A DNA stretch of 64,000 bases from contig OZ244252.1 in NCBI GenBank assembly GCA_965217185.1, positions 608,001-672,000 on the forward strand. Direction: 5' to 3'. Below the pieces are notes generated by a model, which was not told the origin of the DNA, made no database searches, and worked only from the letters and a program-made list of their open reading frames with translations. Made by a program: the position numbers and the translations under genes. Of the stretch, positions 1 through 10,600 are shown piece by piece (positions within the stretch are counted from its first letter, which is position 1; every line of letters begins with the position of its first letter). The stretch is from an uncultured Candidatus Entotheonella sp. (GTDB lineage: Bacteria; Tectomicrobia; Entotheonellia; Entotheonellales; Entotheonellaceae).

Positions 1-2
1 CG

Positions 3-128
3 TTGCGGCGCGCTTGGGAAGAGGGGACGCGGCGGGTGTGGCTGCACACCGCTACGTCGGATCACCCACACGCCTTGGCCAATTATCAGGCCCGTGGGAT
101 GCAGGTTTGCAAGACTGAGACGGCGTGA
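3..128 (+). CDS. 3' end of a GNAT-family acetyltransferase (runs off window start)
   Basis: Frame 3 reads LRRAWEEGTRRVWLHTATSDHPHALANYQARG...*, a typical GNAT C-terminal motif (VWLHT..DHP.AL.NY..RG). Confidence 0.75.
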   Translation: MRRAWEEGTRRVWLHTATSDHPHALANYQARGMQVCKTETA

Positions 129-194
129 GGAAGATCAAGAGCACCTGACCCTCCTGACGGGGTGGAATGTCGAATTACGCTTCGCTAATCCGAC

Positions 195-1901
195 CTACAA
201 TTCGAATTGCCGGCAGCGGTCGTAGCATGCTTGCAGCTTCTCATCCCGCTCTTGCCACACTTGGCGTTGTGACGCCACAAAGCCATCAAGTTGCGCCAGT
301 TCCTTCTCCATCGCCTCGGGACCGGGGCCACCCACCACTTGCTTACTCTTGAGAATGGTGGCGGGCTCCTGCAAGCGGCGCACGGTTTCGGCGTCTACGG
401 AGAGGTCCAGACCTTCCTCCTGCAGGGCTTGGCTCATGGCGGCGTGGGTTACACAGTCCGATTCACCCTGCTGCAGCGACAAGGCGACGGCGTGCTCCAT
501 CACCCGTTTGAGACGCCGGAATTCCACGCCGGTGCGCGCGACCAATTGTTCCATGAATTCGGTGACGCCGGCAAACCCGCTGTGAGCCATGGCGTGCAGG
601 CGCGCCGTGTCGATGCCCACTGGGCGATCCAGCCAGGGATTCCTGGCGAGTGGGCGGCAGGAATGGCGAACGATGCGGGTCATGATGGACACCGCCGGCA
701 GCGCCTCCAGACAGGCTTCCATGATGAGATATTTGCTCCATTGATGGTCGCGGTTGTATCCCGTGAGGTTCGCCTGGCCGAGGGCCAGCAGCGCGCCCAG
801 CCGACCGGTGACCTCGGCGGCCTTGGCCTTGATGACTTCCAGCGTATCGGGGTTGACCTTTTGGGGCATGATGCTGCTACCGGAGCAGAAGCGCGGGTGC
901 GGTTTGAGCATCCCGAACTCCGGCGTGCTCAGGAGGATCAGCGTCTGCGCCATGCTGGAGAGGTGGGCGAGGAGAACGGCGAGAATCTGCGCCAACTCGG
1001 CCTCCGGTTCCCAACGGCTGGCTATCGGGTCCAGCGAGTTGGGCTCGGGGCCGTAGCACCCCAGCAATTCGGCGGTGAGTTGGCGGTCGATGGCAAAGGT
1101 GGTGCTGAAGCCGGTGACGCAGCCCAGAGGGCTGTGGTTGAAGGTCTCGTACCAGAAATTCAGGCGCTGTACCACGCGCCGCAGCGCTTCGGCATACGCC
1201 GCCAGATGATGGCCGAAGGTCGACAGGGTGGCATGTTGATGGTGGGTATAGCCCGCCATGACGCTGTTCAGATGCTGGCGTGCCACCGTCGATAGCGCGT
1301 CCATGCAGCCGAGGCAGAGCCGCGCCAGGTTGAGCACCCGCTCCCGCATCCACAGGCGCATGTCCGTAACTACCTGGTCATTACGGCTGCGCGCCGTATG
1401 TAGGGATAGCGCGGCGTTGATGCTGAGGTTGCCGCTCAGATAGGTTTCGATGTTGGTGTGAACGTCTTCAAGGGCGGGTTGTACGACGAAACGTCCGAAG
1501 TGATATTGACGTTCGATCTCGGCAAGGCCGTCCAGAATGGCTCGTCCCTGCTCACCGGTGAGAATGGAGCACCTGACCAGCATGTGGGCGTGGGCGCGGT
1601 TGACCCACAAGTCGAACGGCACCAAGCTCTGGTCGGCGGCGCCTTTGCCGGTAACGTCCCAACCGGCCATGAAGGCCACGACTTCCGGCGTGGGGCTGAC
1701 GAGGCGGTTGCCGTACAGGCGCTTGGCGTCCTGATGCTGTTGTTGCCCCTGGAGGCGATCCAGGGTGTCGTCATCGCATTCGGGGGTGCTGCAGACAGCA
1801 CAATAGCGATCCGCCGTCGGGCGTTCTTGCCGAGTCCCGGTCGGCTGATCGACCCCGCACGCCCGACAACGCGATGCGGGGTTCGCGTCGATCGCCTCCA
1901 C
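195..1901 (-). CDS. argH: Argininosuccinate lyase with Cys-rich N-terminal extension
   Basis: LHTARSRNDQV, GYTHHQHA and the GSSIMPQKVNPD fumarase/ASL signature. Confidence 0.92.
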   Translation of the reverse strand: MEAIDANPASRCRACGVDQPTGTRQERPTADRYCAVCSTPECDDDTLDRLQGQQQHQDAKRLYGNRLVSPTPEVVAFMAGWDVTGKGAADQSLVPFDLWVNRAHAHMLVRCSILTGEQGRAILDGLAEIERQYHFGRFVVQPALEDVHTNIETYLSGNLSINAALSLHTARSRNDQVVTDMRLWMRERVLNLARLCLGCMDALSTVARQHLNSVMAGYTHHQHATLSTFGHHLAAYAEALRRVVQRLNFWYETFNHSPLGCVTGFSTTFAIDRQLTAELLGCYGPEPNSLDPIASRWEPEAELAQILAVLLAHLSSMAQTLILLSTPEFGMLKPHPRFCSGSSIMPQKVNPDTLEVIKAKAAEVTGRLGALLALGQANLTGYNRDHQWSKYLIMEACLEALPAVSIMTRIVRHSCRPLARNPWLDRPVGIDTARLHAMAHSGFAGVTEFMEQLVARTGVEFRRLKRVMEHAVALSLQQGESDCVTHAAMSQALQEEGLDLSVDAETVRRLQEPATILKSKQVVGGPGPEAMEKELAQLDGFVASQRQVWQERDEKLQACYDRCRQFEL

Positions 1902-1905
1902 GGGT

Positions 1906-2805
1906 CTAAATTTTCCCCAATACCTGCAAGCAGCGCTGCAATTCGGCGCGGCTCTCGGGCCGCAGGGGAACCAGGGGCAGGCGCAGCGCGCCGGCCGGCT
2001 GGCCCATCATGGCCAGGGCGGTCTTCACCGGCACCGGGTTGCTCTCGATGAACAGAGCGTTGACGACGTCCAGGGTGCGGAAATGGATGTCCTGCGCCGC
2101 CTTGTAATCGCCGCGCGTAAACGCCTGCATCATCTCGTGCAGTTCCTTGCCCACCACGTGGGCGACCGCGGCGATGGCGCCGTCCCCGCCCAAGCACATG
2201 GAGCCGAAGGTCAGCGCGTCTTCGCCGCTCAACACGTAAAACTTCTTGCTCATCTTGCGCGTAGCGGCCAGCAGCGCCATGGTCTGGTTGACGTTGGCCG
2301 CCGCGTCCTTGACGCCGACGATGTTGTCGATCTGCGCCAGCGCCACGAGCGTCTTGACGTCGATCAGCCGTCCCGTGCGTCCGGGGATGTTGTAGAGAAT
2401 CAGCGGCAGGCTGGTGTTCTTGGCAATGGCCTCGAAGTGCGCCATCAAGCCGTGCTGTTCCGGCTTGTTGTAGTACGGGCAGACCTGCAGCGATGCCGCG
2501 GCGCCGGCCTGTTCGGCGTGTTTGGTCATTTCGATGGCTTCGTGCGTCGAATTGGAACCCGTACCGGCGATGACGGGCACGCGGCCCGCGGTCGCATCGA
2601 TGACGATCTCGGTTACCCGCTGGTGTTCGGCATGCGACAGGGTGGGCGACTCACCCGTTGTGCCGCAGGGCACCAGGCTGTCGGCCTTTTGCTCTTCGAT
2701 GAGGTAGTCCACCAGACGGCGCAGGCCGGGTTCGTCAACGCTGAAATCGTCCTTGAATGGGGTGATGATGGGGATGTGAATGCCGGTCCAATCGTACTGA
2801 GCCAT
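1906..2805 (-). CDS. dapA: 4-hydroxy-tetrahydrodipicolinate synthase
   Basis: GTTGESPTL, GTGSNST, PYYNKP, LYNIPGRTG, GVKDA, LSGED, ESNPVPVK; AAGGAGG RBS before the ATG at 2805. Confidence 0.95.
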   Translation of the reverse strand: MAQYDWTGIHIPIITPFKDDFSVDEPGLRRLVDYLIEEQKADSLVPCGTTGESPTLSHAEHQRVTEIVIDATAGRVPVIAGTGSNSTHEAIEMTKHAEQAGAAASLQVCPYYNKPEQHGLMAHFEAIAKNTSLPLILYNIPGRTGRLIDVKTLVALAQIDNIVGVKDAAANVNQTMALLAATRKMSKKFYVLSGEDALTFGSMCLGGDGAIAAVAHVVGKELHEMMQAFTRGDYKAAQDIHFRTLDVVNALFIESNPVPVKTALAMMGQPAGALRLPLVPLRPESRAELQRCLQVLGKI

Positions 2806-2865
2806 GGTTTCCTCCTTCACATTCGGGCCTCCCGGTGACGAGCGGCCCGTTTATACGCGGCGCCG

Positions 2866-4053
2866 CTATACCGGCGCGGCGTCCGCCGCCATGTCGAAGA
2901 CCTGCCGGATGCCGTACGTCGTGGTGCGTTCCGCCGGCACCCGATCAATCTGGCGAATCAACTGCTGGAACTCGTCCACGGGCATGTACTGGCCGGCCGT
3001 GGCACCGGCCAGCCGCGAAATGTTCTCATTGATCAGCGTGCCGCCGTAGTCATTGGCGCCGGCCTGCAGGCAGCGCTGCGAAAGCTGGCGGCCCAATTTG
3101 ACCCACGATACCTGCACGCTGTCGATCCAGCCCCGCAGCATGATACGCGCCAAGGCGTGCATTTTGATGCTTTCCTCCTCGGTGGGGCCGGGACGTGCCA
3201 TGCCAAGCTTGAACAACCCGGTATTGGCGTGCACGAAGCCCAGGGGTACAAACTCCGTGAAACCGCCGGTTTCCTTCTGGATGTCGCGCAGCAGGATGAA
3301 CTGGTTGATCCAGTGCTCGGGGGTTTCCAGGTGGCCGTACATCATGGTGGAGGTGGTCGGGATGCCCAACTTGTGGGCGGTGCGGATCACGTTGGTCCAC
3401 TGTTTCACCGTGACCTTCTTGCGCGACAGCATGTGCCGCACGTCGTCGTCCAGAACCTCCGCCGCGGTGCCGGGCAGGGTGTCGAGGCCGTTGTCCTTCA
3501 GCATCTGCAGGTAGTCGTGCAGCGTCATGCCGGTGAGCTCGGTGCCGTACGTCATCTCCATCGGGGAGAAAGCATGGGCGTGCATGTCCGGCACCGCCTT
3601 CTTGATGGTGCGCAGGATGTCCCGGTAATAAAACGGGTCCAGACCGCGCGGCAACCCGCCCTGCACACAGACCTCGGTGGCGCCCATTTCCCGCGCTTCG
3701 ATAGTCCGCTGCGCGATTTCCTCGAGCGGCAGGTTGTAGGCGTCGGACGACCGCGCCGAGGTGCTGAAGGAGCAAAAGGCACAGCCGATGAAGCAGACGT
3801 TGGTGAAGTTGATGTTGCGGTTGACGACGTAGGTGATAACGTCACCCACGATCTCCCGGCGCAGGTGATCCGCCACCGCTGCCAGCGTCTCGACGTCCTC
3901 GCTGGGCAGCGTGGCCAGAACGAGCCCCTCGTCGCGGGACAGCTCGTGCCCGGCCGTGGCCCTTTCCAGCACGCGCGCCACCTCGGGGGTGGTCTGCGGC
4001 AGCAGATGCGCCACGCGCTCCTGGGATTCCTGCACGTTTGCAGCGATTTTCAT
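2866..4053 (-). CDS. cofH: FO synthase subunit 2 (radical SAM), F420 biosynthesis
   Basis: YVVNRNINFTNVCFIGCAFCSF (CxxxCxxC), PGTAAEVLDD, GGFTEFVPL, QVSWVKLG; 4-bp overlap with cofG. Confidence 0.9.
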   Translation of the reverse strand: MKIAANVQESQERVAHLLPQTTPEVARVLERATAGHELSRDEGLVLATLPSEDVETLAAVADHLRREIVGDVITYVVNRNINFTNVCFIGCAFCSFSTSARSSDAYNLPLEEIAQRTIEAREMGATEVCVQGGLPRGLDPFYYRDILRTIKKAVPDMHAHAFSPMEMTYGTELTGMTLHDYLQMLKDNGLDTLPGTAAEVLDDDVRHMLSRKKVTVKQWTNVIRTAHKLGIPTTSTMMYGHLETPEHWINQFILLRDIQKETGGFTEFVPLGFVHANTGLFKLGMARPGPTEEESIKMHALARIMLRGWIDSVQVSWVKLGRQLSQRCLQAGANDYGGTLINENISRLAGATAGQYMPVDEFQQLIRQIDRVPAERTTTYGIRQVFDMAADAAPV

Positions 4054-5264
4054 GGAATCGGTACTCCTTTCCGTTCCTCGATTGGATAACCATCCTCGTC
4101 CACCATCGCTCGCAGGCGGGGTTCCAGGGCCGCCGCCATGAAGCCTTGTTTGCGGACGATAAATTCGGGGTACACCGTCAGGCGGGGGCGTAGCGTCAGG
4201 CCCAACTCGGCGGACACACGTTCCAGCGTCTGAATCTCCGGCCACGGCGCTTCGGGATTGATGAAGTCGATCGTCAACGGGGAAATGCCGCCCCAGTCGT
4301 TGATGCCGGCGGGGATCAGCAATTGGTATTGTTCCGGGGTCAGGTTTGGCGGCACCTGCAGGTTGATGTCGCCGCTCAGCATGAGCCGAGCTACGGCAGT
4401 CGTGCGCATGAAGTCCAGCAAGGTCGGCTCCGGCTGCGCGTGCATCGGGATGTCCGGCTTGGCCCGGAAATTTTGAATGATCATTTCCTGGATATGGCCG
4501 TACCGGTCATGCAGGTCTTGAATCGCTTCGAGAGTTTCCACCCGTTCTGCGAACGTCTCGCCGATGCCGATCAGCATGCCGGTCGTGAAGGGAATACCCA
4601 GCTTGCCGGCGTTTTCAATTGTCTTCAATCGCACCCTAGGGTCTTTATCCGGCGCCCCGTCGTGGGCCATGCCCGGACCCAGAAGGCGGCGGCTGGTGCT
4701 TTCCAGCATGAGACCCATGCTCGGGCTAACATCCCGCAAGCGTTCGAGGTCCTTGGGACCCATGACGCCAGGGTTGGCGTGCGGCAGCAGCGGCGTCTCG
4801 TCGAGAACGAGCTGGCACATCTCCACCAGGTAATCCACGGTGCGCCGGTGGCCGTACTGCTGCAACGTCTGGCGCATCTCCAGGAACAACGCTTCGGGTT
4901 TGTCGCCCAAGCTGAACAACGCCTCCTTGCAGCCCAGCTTGGCCCCGTCCTGCGCCACCTGCAGCACCTCGTCCGGGGTCATGGTCTTGGCGCCGGGCTC
5001 GCCGGGGTCCTTGCGAAACGTGCAATAGCCGCAGTAATCGCGGCAGAGATTCGTCAGCGGCAGGAAGACTTTGGGCGAGTAGGTGATGGTGGCGCCGTGA
5101 TGCCGCGCCCGCAGGCTGTCGGCGACCTGCAGAAGGGCCAGCAGTTCGCCGCTCGTCAGGTGCTCGAAGGCAATCATCTCGTGGGCCGACAGCGGCTCCC
5201 CGGCTTCGGCACGACTCAGGGTCTCTGCGATGGCGGGACGGCACGCCGAACTGATCAAGGTCAT
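4050..5264 (-). CDS. cofG: FO synthase subunit 1 (radical SAM)
   Basis: ITYSPKVFLPLTNLCRDYCGYCTF, LPHANPG, SMGLMLES, QNFRAKP, GINDWGGISP. Confidence 0.92.
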   Translation of the reverse strand: MTLISSACRPAIAETLSRAEAGEPLSAHEMIAFEHLTSGELLALLQVADSLRARHHGATITYSPKVFLPLTNLCRDYCGYCTFRKDPGEPGAKTMTPDEVLQVAQDGAKLGCKEALFSLGDKPEALFLEMRQTLQQYGHRRTVDYLVEMCQLVLDETPLLPHANPGVMGPKDLERLRDVSPSMGLMLESTSRRLLGPGMAHDGAPDKDPRVRLKTIENAGKLGIPFTTGMLIGIGETFAERVETLEAIQDLHDRYGHIQEMIIQNFRAKPDIPMHAQPEPTLLDFMRTTAVARLMLSGDINLQVPPNLTPEQYQLLIPAGINDWGGISPLTIDFINPEAPWPEIQTLERVSAELGLTLRPRLTVYPEFIVRKQGFMAAALEPRLRAMVDEDGYPIEERKGVPIP

Positions 5265-5476
5265 GCAAGCTACTCGATGTACTGAAGAGGCCTTTGGGAA
5301 GCGCACACACCTGCATCCCCGCAGGCATGCAAGACGCGAACGTGCTTTGATAAAGTAGGCAATTGGTAACACACGGGGGCGCGGCTTGTCAATGATCCGG
5401 CCTTTTGCTAGCGTTGGCTCCGGCCATGGGTGGGACGTATCCGGCGGGCAGGCAACGGCGACTTGAGGAGAGCGCG

Positions 5477-6337
5477 ATGGGGAACGGATTGATCAAGTGT
5501 GATCTGACTCTGGAGAACTATTTTGTCTACGGCAACGCGGCCACCGTCGTTAGCAAAACCGTCTTGCCGCGGCGCGAGGGGCAGCCGATTCTGATGCGCG
5601 GCGAGGTGGGCATCAAGGAGGACGGCAACCTGCGTCCGATGGTGGCCCACAACACCACGCACGTCGATATGCCGCTGCACTTCATCGCCGACACCGCCGA
5701 TCTGGATCAGGTGCTGAACAATTCGAGCTATCGGATCAATTATCCCATGCTCGCCCGCGTCCTCGATGCCTCCACGTGGCCCGACCCGCAGGTTTTTCAC
5801 GAACGCAACGGGGTGCGCTATTGCGAACGGGTCGTCGCCGAGATGCTGCCGCCGCGGGACGAGTTGCGGCAATACGACGCCCTGGTGGTGCTCACCGGTT
5901 TTGGCGCCGTGATGCGGCAAGGCTCCGAGAGTTTTCAGCCGGACGAGGCAGGCTTTTACCATCTTCCCTATATCGACGTGGAGGTGGCGCAGCGCGTGGC
6001 GGACGCCGGTATCACTTTGCTGGCGATTGATTGTACGACAGTGGAGCGCCAGACGGCGGGCGACCCGCTGCGCATGACGGGCGACGTGCATCCGGTGTTG
6101 CTGGGCCATGAGCCGCCGGTGTTCATTCTGGAGGGCGTGGTGGGGGATCGCATCGCCTCACAGGCCGGCTTCCTGCCGAGCGAGGGTGTGCTCGAGGTCA
6201 TCGCCCGGCGGACGAACCCCGCCGGTGCGGATGCTGCGCATACGCGCGTCTTTCTGAGCTTCTACGCGGGTGACGACAGCCGCCAGCGCCTGGAGCGACT
6301 TCTGGAAATTGCCACTCCAGAGCACCTGTACGGTTGA
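5477..6337 (+). CDS. Cyclase/kynurenine formamidase-like metal-dependent hydrolase
   Basis: HNTTHVDMPLHF resembles HxGTHxDxPxH; GAGGAG RBS before the ATG at 5477. Confidence 0.65.
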   Translation: MGNGLIKCDLTLENYFVYGNAATVVSKTVLPRREGQPILMRGEVGIKEDGNLRPMVAHNTTHVDMPLHFIADTADLDQVLNNSSYRINYPMLARVLDASTWPDPQVFHERNGVRYCERVVAEMLPPRDELRQYDALVVLTGFGAVMRQGSESFQPDEAGFYHLPYIDVEVAQRVADAGITLLAIDCTTVERQTAGDPLRMTGDVHPVLLGHEPPVFILEGVVGDRIASQAGFLPSEGVLEVIARRTNPAGADAAHTRVFLSFYAGDDSRQRLERLLEIATPEHLYG

Positions 6338-6350
6338 GCGGGCAGGGCGA

Positions 6351-7526
6351 TCAGGTCAGTAGGTCGAGCGCCGCCAGCGTGTAGATGCGGGCGGATTCGA
6401 CCAGCCGGGAAATCTCGACGTACTCGTTCGGCTGATGCGCCTTTTCCGGCAGGCCGGGGCCGCAGATGACCATGGGCGCGTCGTACGCCGGCACGAACAC
6501 CGAGCCGTCGGTGGCGAAGGTGGCGGCTGTCGGTACAGACGTATCGCCGGTCACGAGGTCGCGTTGCCGCACGAAGGTCTGCACGTACGGGTCGTCGAAG
6601 GGGATGTTCAGCGGGATTCGCTCGTTGATGGAGCGCACCTCAATGTGCAGCGTGGGGTCTTCGGCGCACAGGCGGTCGATCAGTTGGCGAACCGTATCCA
6701 GGATCTGCTGATGGTCCTGGCCGATAACCGTGCGGGTGTCGATGGTGACGCGGCAGGCGTCGGGCACGACGTTGGTCTTCACGCCGCCCTCGATGGTGGC
6801 GATGTTCATCGTAAAGTCGCCCAGCAGCGGGTGCGTTTCGTACGGGATTTCCTCGGCCTGCAGCGCCTCCAGTAGCCGGCTCATGTGGGCGATGGCGTTG
6901 ACGCCGAGATGCGGCAGGGAGCCGTGTGACGTCTGTCCCTTGGCCCGCAGCTCAAGCCACAGCACGCCTTTCTCGGCGGTGATGACGCGATTGCCGGTCG
7001 GTTCGCCGATGACCATGAACCCGACGTCGTCCAGCTTTTGCTCCCGTACCAACTCCTGAGCCCCCATGGACTCGATTTCCTCACCCGCCGTACCGGCAAA
7101 GAGCAGGTTGCCTTTGAGAACCGCGCCGCTCCGTTTCACCGCCCGCATCGCCATGAGCATGGCGGCGACACCCGCCTTCATGTCGGTGGTGCCCAGGCCC
7201 CAGATCTTGCCGTCGTCGATGTCGGCCGCCAGCACCTCGTGTTCCCAGTTGTCGCCCGCCGGCACCGTATCCAGATGGCCGCTGAACAGCACCGCCCGCC
7301 GCTCGCCCTGGCCATCCAGGCCGCCGACCACGCTGGCTCTGCCGTCTTCCGCGTGCGACACCAACTCGGCAGGCATGTCGTTCCGCTTCATCCAGTCGGC
7401 CACGAACGTCGCCGCCTTGGCCTCGTCGCCCGGCGGATTGATCGTTCGGATACGCACCAGGTCCTGGGTCAGTTGCACCAGCATGTCGTCATCCAAGGCC
7501 GCCAGCGCGCGTTCTTGCGTGTTCAT
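6351..7526 (-). CDS. M20 metallopeptidase (ArgE/DapE family)
   Basis: FSGHLDTVP, GTTDMKAG, GEE, IGEPT, HGS, GPG..AHQPNEYV. Confidence 0.9.
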   Translation of the reverse strand: MNTQERALAALDDDMLVQLTQDLVRIRTINPPGDEAKAATFVADWMKRNDMPAELVSHAEDGRASVVGGLDGQGERRAVLFSGHLDTVPAGDNWEHEVLAADIDDGKIWGLGTTDMKAGVAAMLMAMRAVKRSGAVLKGNLLFAGTAGEEIESMGAQELVREQKLDDVGFMVIGEPTGNRVITAEKGVLWLELRAKGQTSHGSLPHLGVNAIAHMSRLLEALQAEEIPYETHPLLGDFTMNIATIEGGVKTNVVPDACRVTIDTRTVIGQDHQQILDTVRQLIDRLCAEDPTLHIEVRSINERIPLNIPFDDPYVQTFVRQRDLVTGDTSVPTAATFATDGSVFVPAYDAPMVICGPGLPEKAHQPNEYVEISRLVESARIYTLAALDLLT

Positions 7527-7583
7527 AGATACCCCTTTTTGATGATGAACGTGTGGTTCTTGTGCGTCGGTCTTCAATCGCCG

Positions 7584-7613
7584 ATTATCAAAGGAGTGAA
7601 ATCAGAATGTCAA
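7584..7613 (-). promoter_or_regulatory. Putative sigma70 promoter for the M20 peptidase
   Basis: Minus strand TTGACA-18 nt-GATAAT, about 60 nt upstream of the start. Confidence 0.45.
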
Positions 7614-7653
7614 GGCGATGCGACAGCAACGACACTCGGCCACAAGGTGACGA

Positions 7654-10600
7654 ATGAAACAGGTAAACACGAAACTGGCAATCGCAGTTGAGACCTACTT
7701 CGCCGACCTCGCGCGCATCTATGCCTCCGGCGGCGCGACCGGCGAGCGGTCGAGTTATGGGCCGCTGGCGAACCTGCTTAACGCTGTCGGTGCGACCCTG
7801 AGGCCCAAGGTGTTCTGCGTCGGCGAGCTGGCCGACCAAGGGGCCGGCCATCCCGACTTCGGCCTCTACGCTGCCCATCAGGTGCAGCGCGGCCGTCCCC
7901 GGCAGGGACAGGTGCCGGAACGGGGTGTCGTGGAGGTGAAAGCGCCGGATGAAGACACCGGCAGCACGGCGATTCGCGAGCAGGTGGTCCGCTACCGGCG
8001 CCGCTACGATCTGGTCCTGGTGACCAACCTGCGCGCCTTCGCCCTGGTTGTCCCGGACGAGACTGGCGGGGAGAGAGCGCTGGAAACCTTTGTGCTGGCG
8101 GCCAGCGCGGGCGACTTCGCCCGCAAGCTGGAAACCCCGCGTGCCTTCGCCGGTGAAGTGGCTGCAGGTCTGGTCGAATACCTTGCCCGGGCGCTGTCGC
8201 ACCGCGCCGCGCTCGCTGAACCCAAGGACTTGGCCTGGCTGCTGGCGTCCTATGCGCGCGACGGGCTGGCACGGGTCGAGGCGGCGGGCGATGCGCCGTC
8301 ATTGGCCGCGGTGCGCACGGCATTGGAAGAAGCGTTGGGCGTCCGCTTCGAGGGCGACAAGGGCGCCCGGTTCTTTCATTCGACCCTGGTGCAGACGTTG
8401 TTCTACGGCGTCTTTTCGGCATGGGTCCTATGGGCGCGTCAACTTCCACCGCCAGCGGGCCGTTTCAACTGGCATGAAGCGGTCTGGCACCTGCGCGCGC
8501 CGGTGCTTCGCGCGCTGTTCCAGCAGCTTTCCGATCCCGGCCGCCTGCAACCGCTCGGTCTCGTCGAGGTGCTCGATTGGACTGCCGCGGCGCTCGACCG
8601 CGTGGACCGCGAAGCGTTTTTCTCCCGCTTCAATCAAGGCGAGGCCGTGCCCTATTTCTACGAGCCGTTCCTGGAGGCATTCGATGCCGACCTGCGCAAG
8701 GAACTCGGCGTCTGGTACACGCCCGCCGAGGTGGTGCGCTACATGGTCGCCCGCGTGGACAAGGCGCTGAAGGACGATCTCGGCATCCCGGACGGCTTGG
8801 CGGCGGAGAACGTCTACGTGCTCGACCCGTGCTGCGGCACCGGGGCGTATCTGGCCGAGGTGCTGCGTCGCATCGCCGCCAATCTCGAAGGCCGCGGCCT
8901 CGGCGCGCTCGCCGGCGCGCGGGTGAAGCAGGCCGCGACGCAGCGCGTGTTCGGCTTCGAGATCATGCCGGCGCCCTTCGTCGTCGCCCACCTGCAGATC
9001 GGCCTCACCATGCAGGAACTCGATGCGCCGCTCGCCGATACGGGCGACGAACGGCCCGGCGTGTTTCTCACCAACGCCCTGACCGGCTGGGAACCGAGAA
9101 CGACCAAGCCGCTGCCGTTTCCCGAATTGGAGGAGGAGCGCGACCGGGCTGAAAAGGTGAAGCAGGCGACGCCGATTCTGGTGATTCTGGGCAATCCGCC
9201 CTATAACGGCTTCGCTGGCATGGCGGTGGACGAAGAACGGGAGTTGTCCGACGCCTACCGGACGACACGGCGGGTACGGAAGCCCGAAGGTCAGGGGCTG
9301 AACGATCTGTACGTGCGGTTCTTCCGCATGGCGGAACGGCGCATTGCCGAGAAGACCGGCCAAGGCGTGGTTTGCTTCATCTCGAATTATTCGTGGCTGG
9401 ATGGGTTGTCGTTCACCGGTATGCGCGAGCGCTACCTGGAGGCGTTCGACGCGATACGAATCGACTGCCTGAATGGGGACAAGTACAAGACCGGCAAGGT
9501 GGCGCCGGACGGCTCACCCGACCCGAGCATTTTCTCGACGGAAGGCGACTCCGTGGGTATTCAGGTCGGCACCGCCATCGCAACGCTGGTGCGCAAGGCC
9601 GACCATACGCCAGCCGGAGAGGTCGGATTTCGTCATTTGTGGGGACGGGCCAAGCCTGTGGAACTGACGGCGACGGCTGAGGCAGAACCGGTCGCGCTCT
9701 ACGATCCCATCAAGCCGGTATTACCGCTTGGCTTGCCGTTCGTGCGAACCGCAACCAGTGAGGGTTGGTTTGACTGGCCGGCGTTGCCCGATCTGTTCCC
9801 GGTGTCGTTCCCTGGCGTCAAGACCAGCCGCGACGGGTTTCTCGTCGATGTCGATCTTGACCGGCTCAAAGCGCGCATCGCCGATTACTTCGACGCCGCC
9901 TTGAGCCATGAGGACATTGCGCGGCGCTATCCGGCGGCGATGAAGACCACGGCGCGGTTCGATGCCCGAGCGATACGCGACGCCCTATTGAAGCACGGCG
10001 GACCGGATGAGGCCGGTTTCATGTGCTTCGCCTACCGGCCGTTCGACAGTCGATGGCTCTATTGGGAGGGTGAAACCAAACTGTTGGACGAGAAGCGCGC
10101 CGACTACCGGCCGCATGTGTTCGAGGGGAATCTGTGGCTATCTGCTGCGCAACATCTACGGAAGGGTGCGGAAGAACCGCAAGCGTGCTTCACGAGACAA
10201 TTGGGCTCACTGCATCTGATTGAGCGAACCGCACTCATGTTTCCTGTCTACCTACGCAACGACGGCCTCAGAATCGGCGGCGACGGACAACCCATTCCCA
10301 ATTTGTCCGGTGCCGCGCAACGTTATCTCCACTGTCTCGGCGCGGGTGTAGAGGACCTTTTCCACCACGTCCTTGCCGCCCTCCACGACCCCGCTTACCG
10401 CGAAGCCAACGCCGGGGCACTGCGCATGGAATGGCCGCGCATCCCGCTACCCGGCTGGCCGGCTCCTGGGAGCGCGGGCATCCTGCCCGCAGCAGACGCG
10501 GCGGACGCCCTTGCCCAATCCGCCGCGTGCGGTCGCCAACTGGCGGCCCTGCTCGACCCCGACACCCCCGTTCCCGGCGTCACGACCGGAACCTTGCGCC

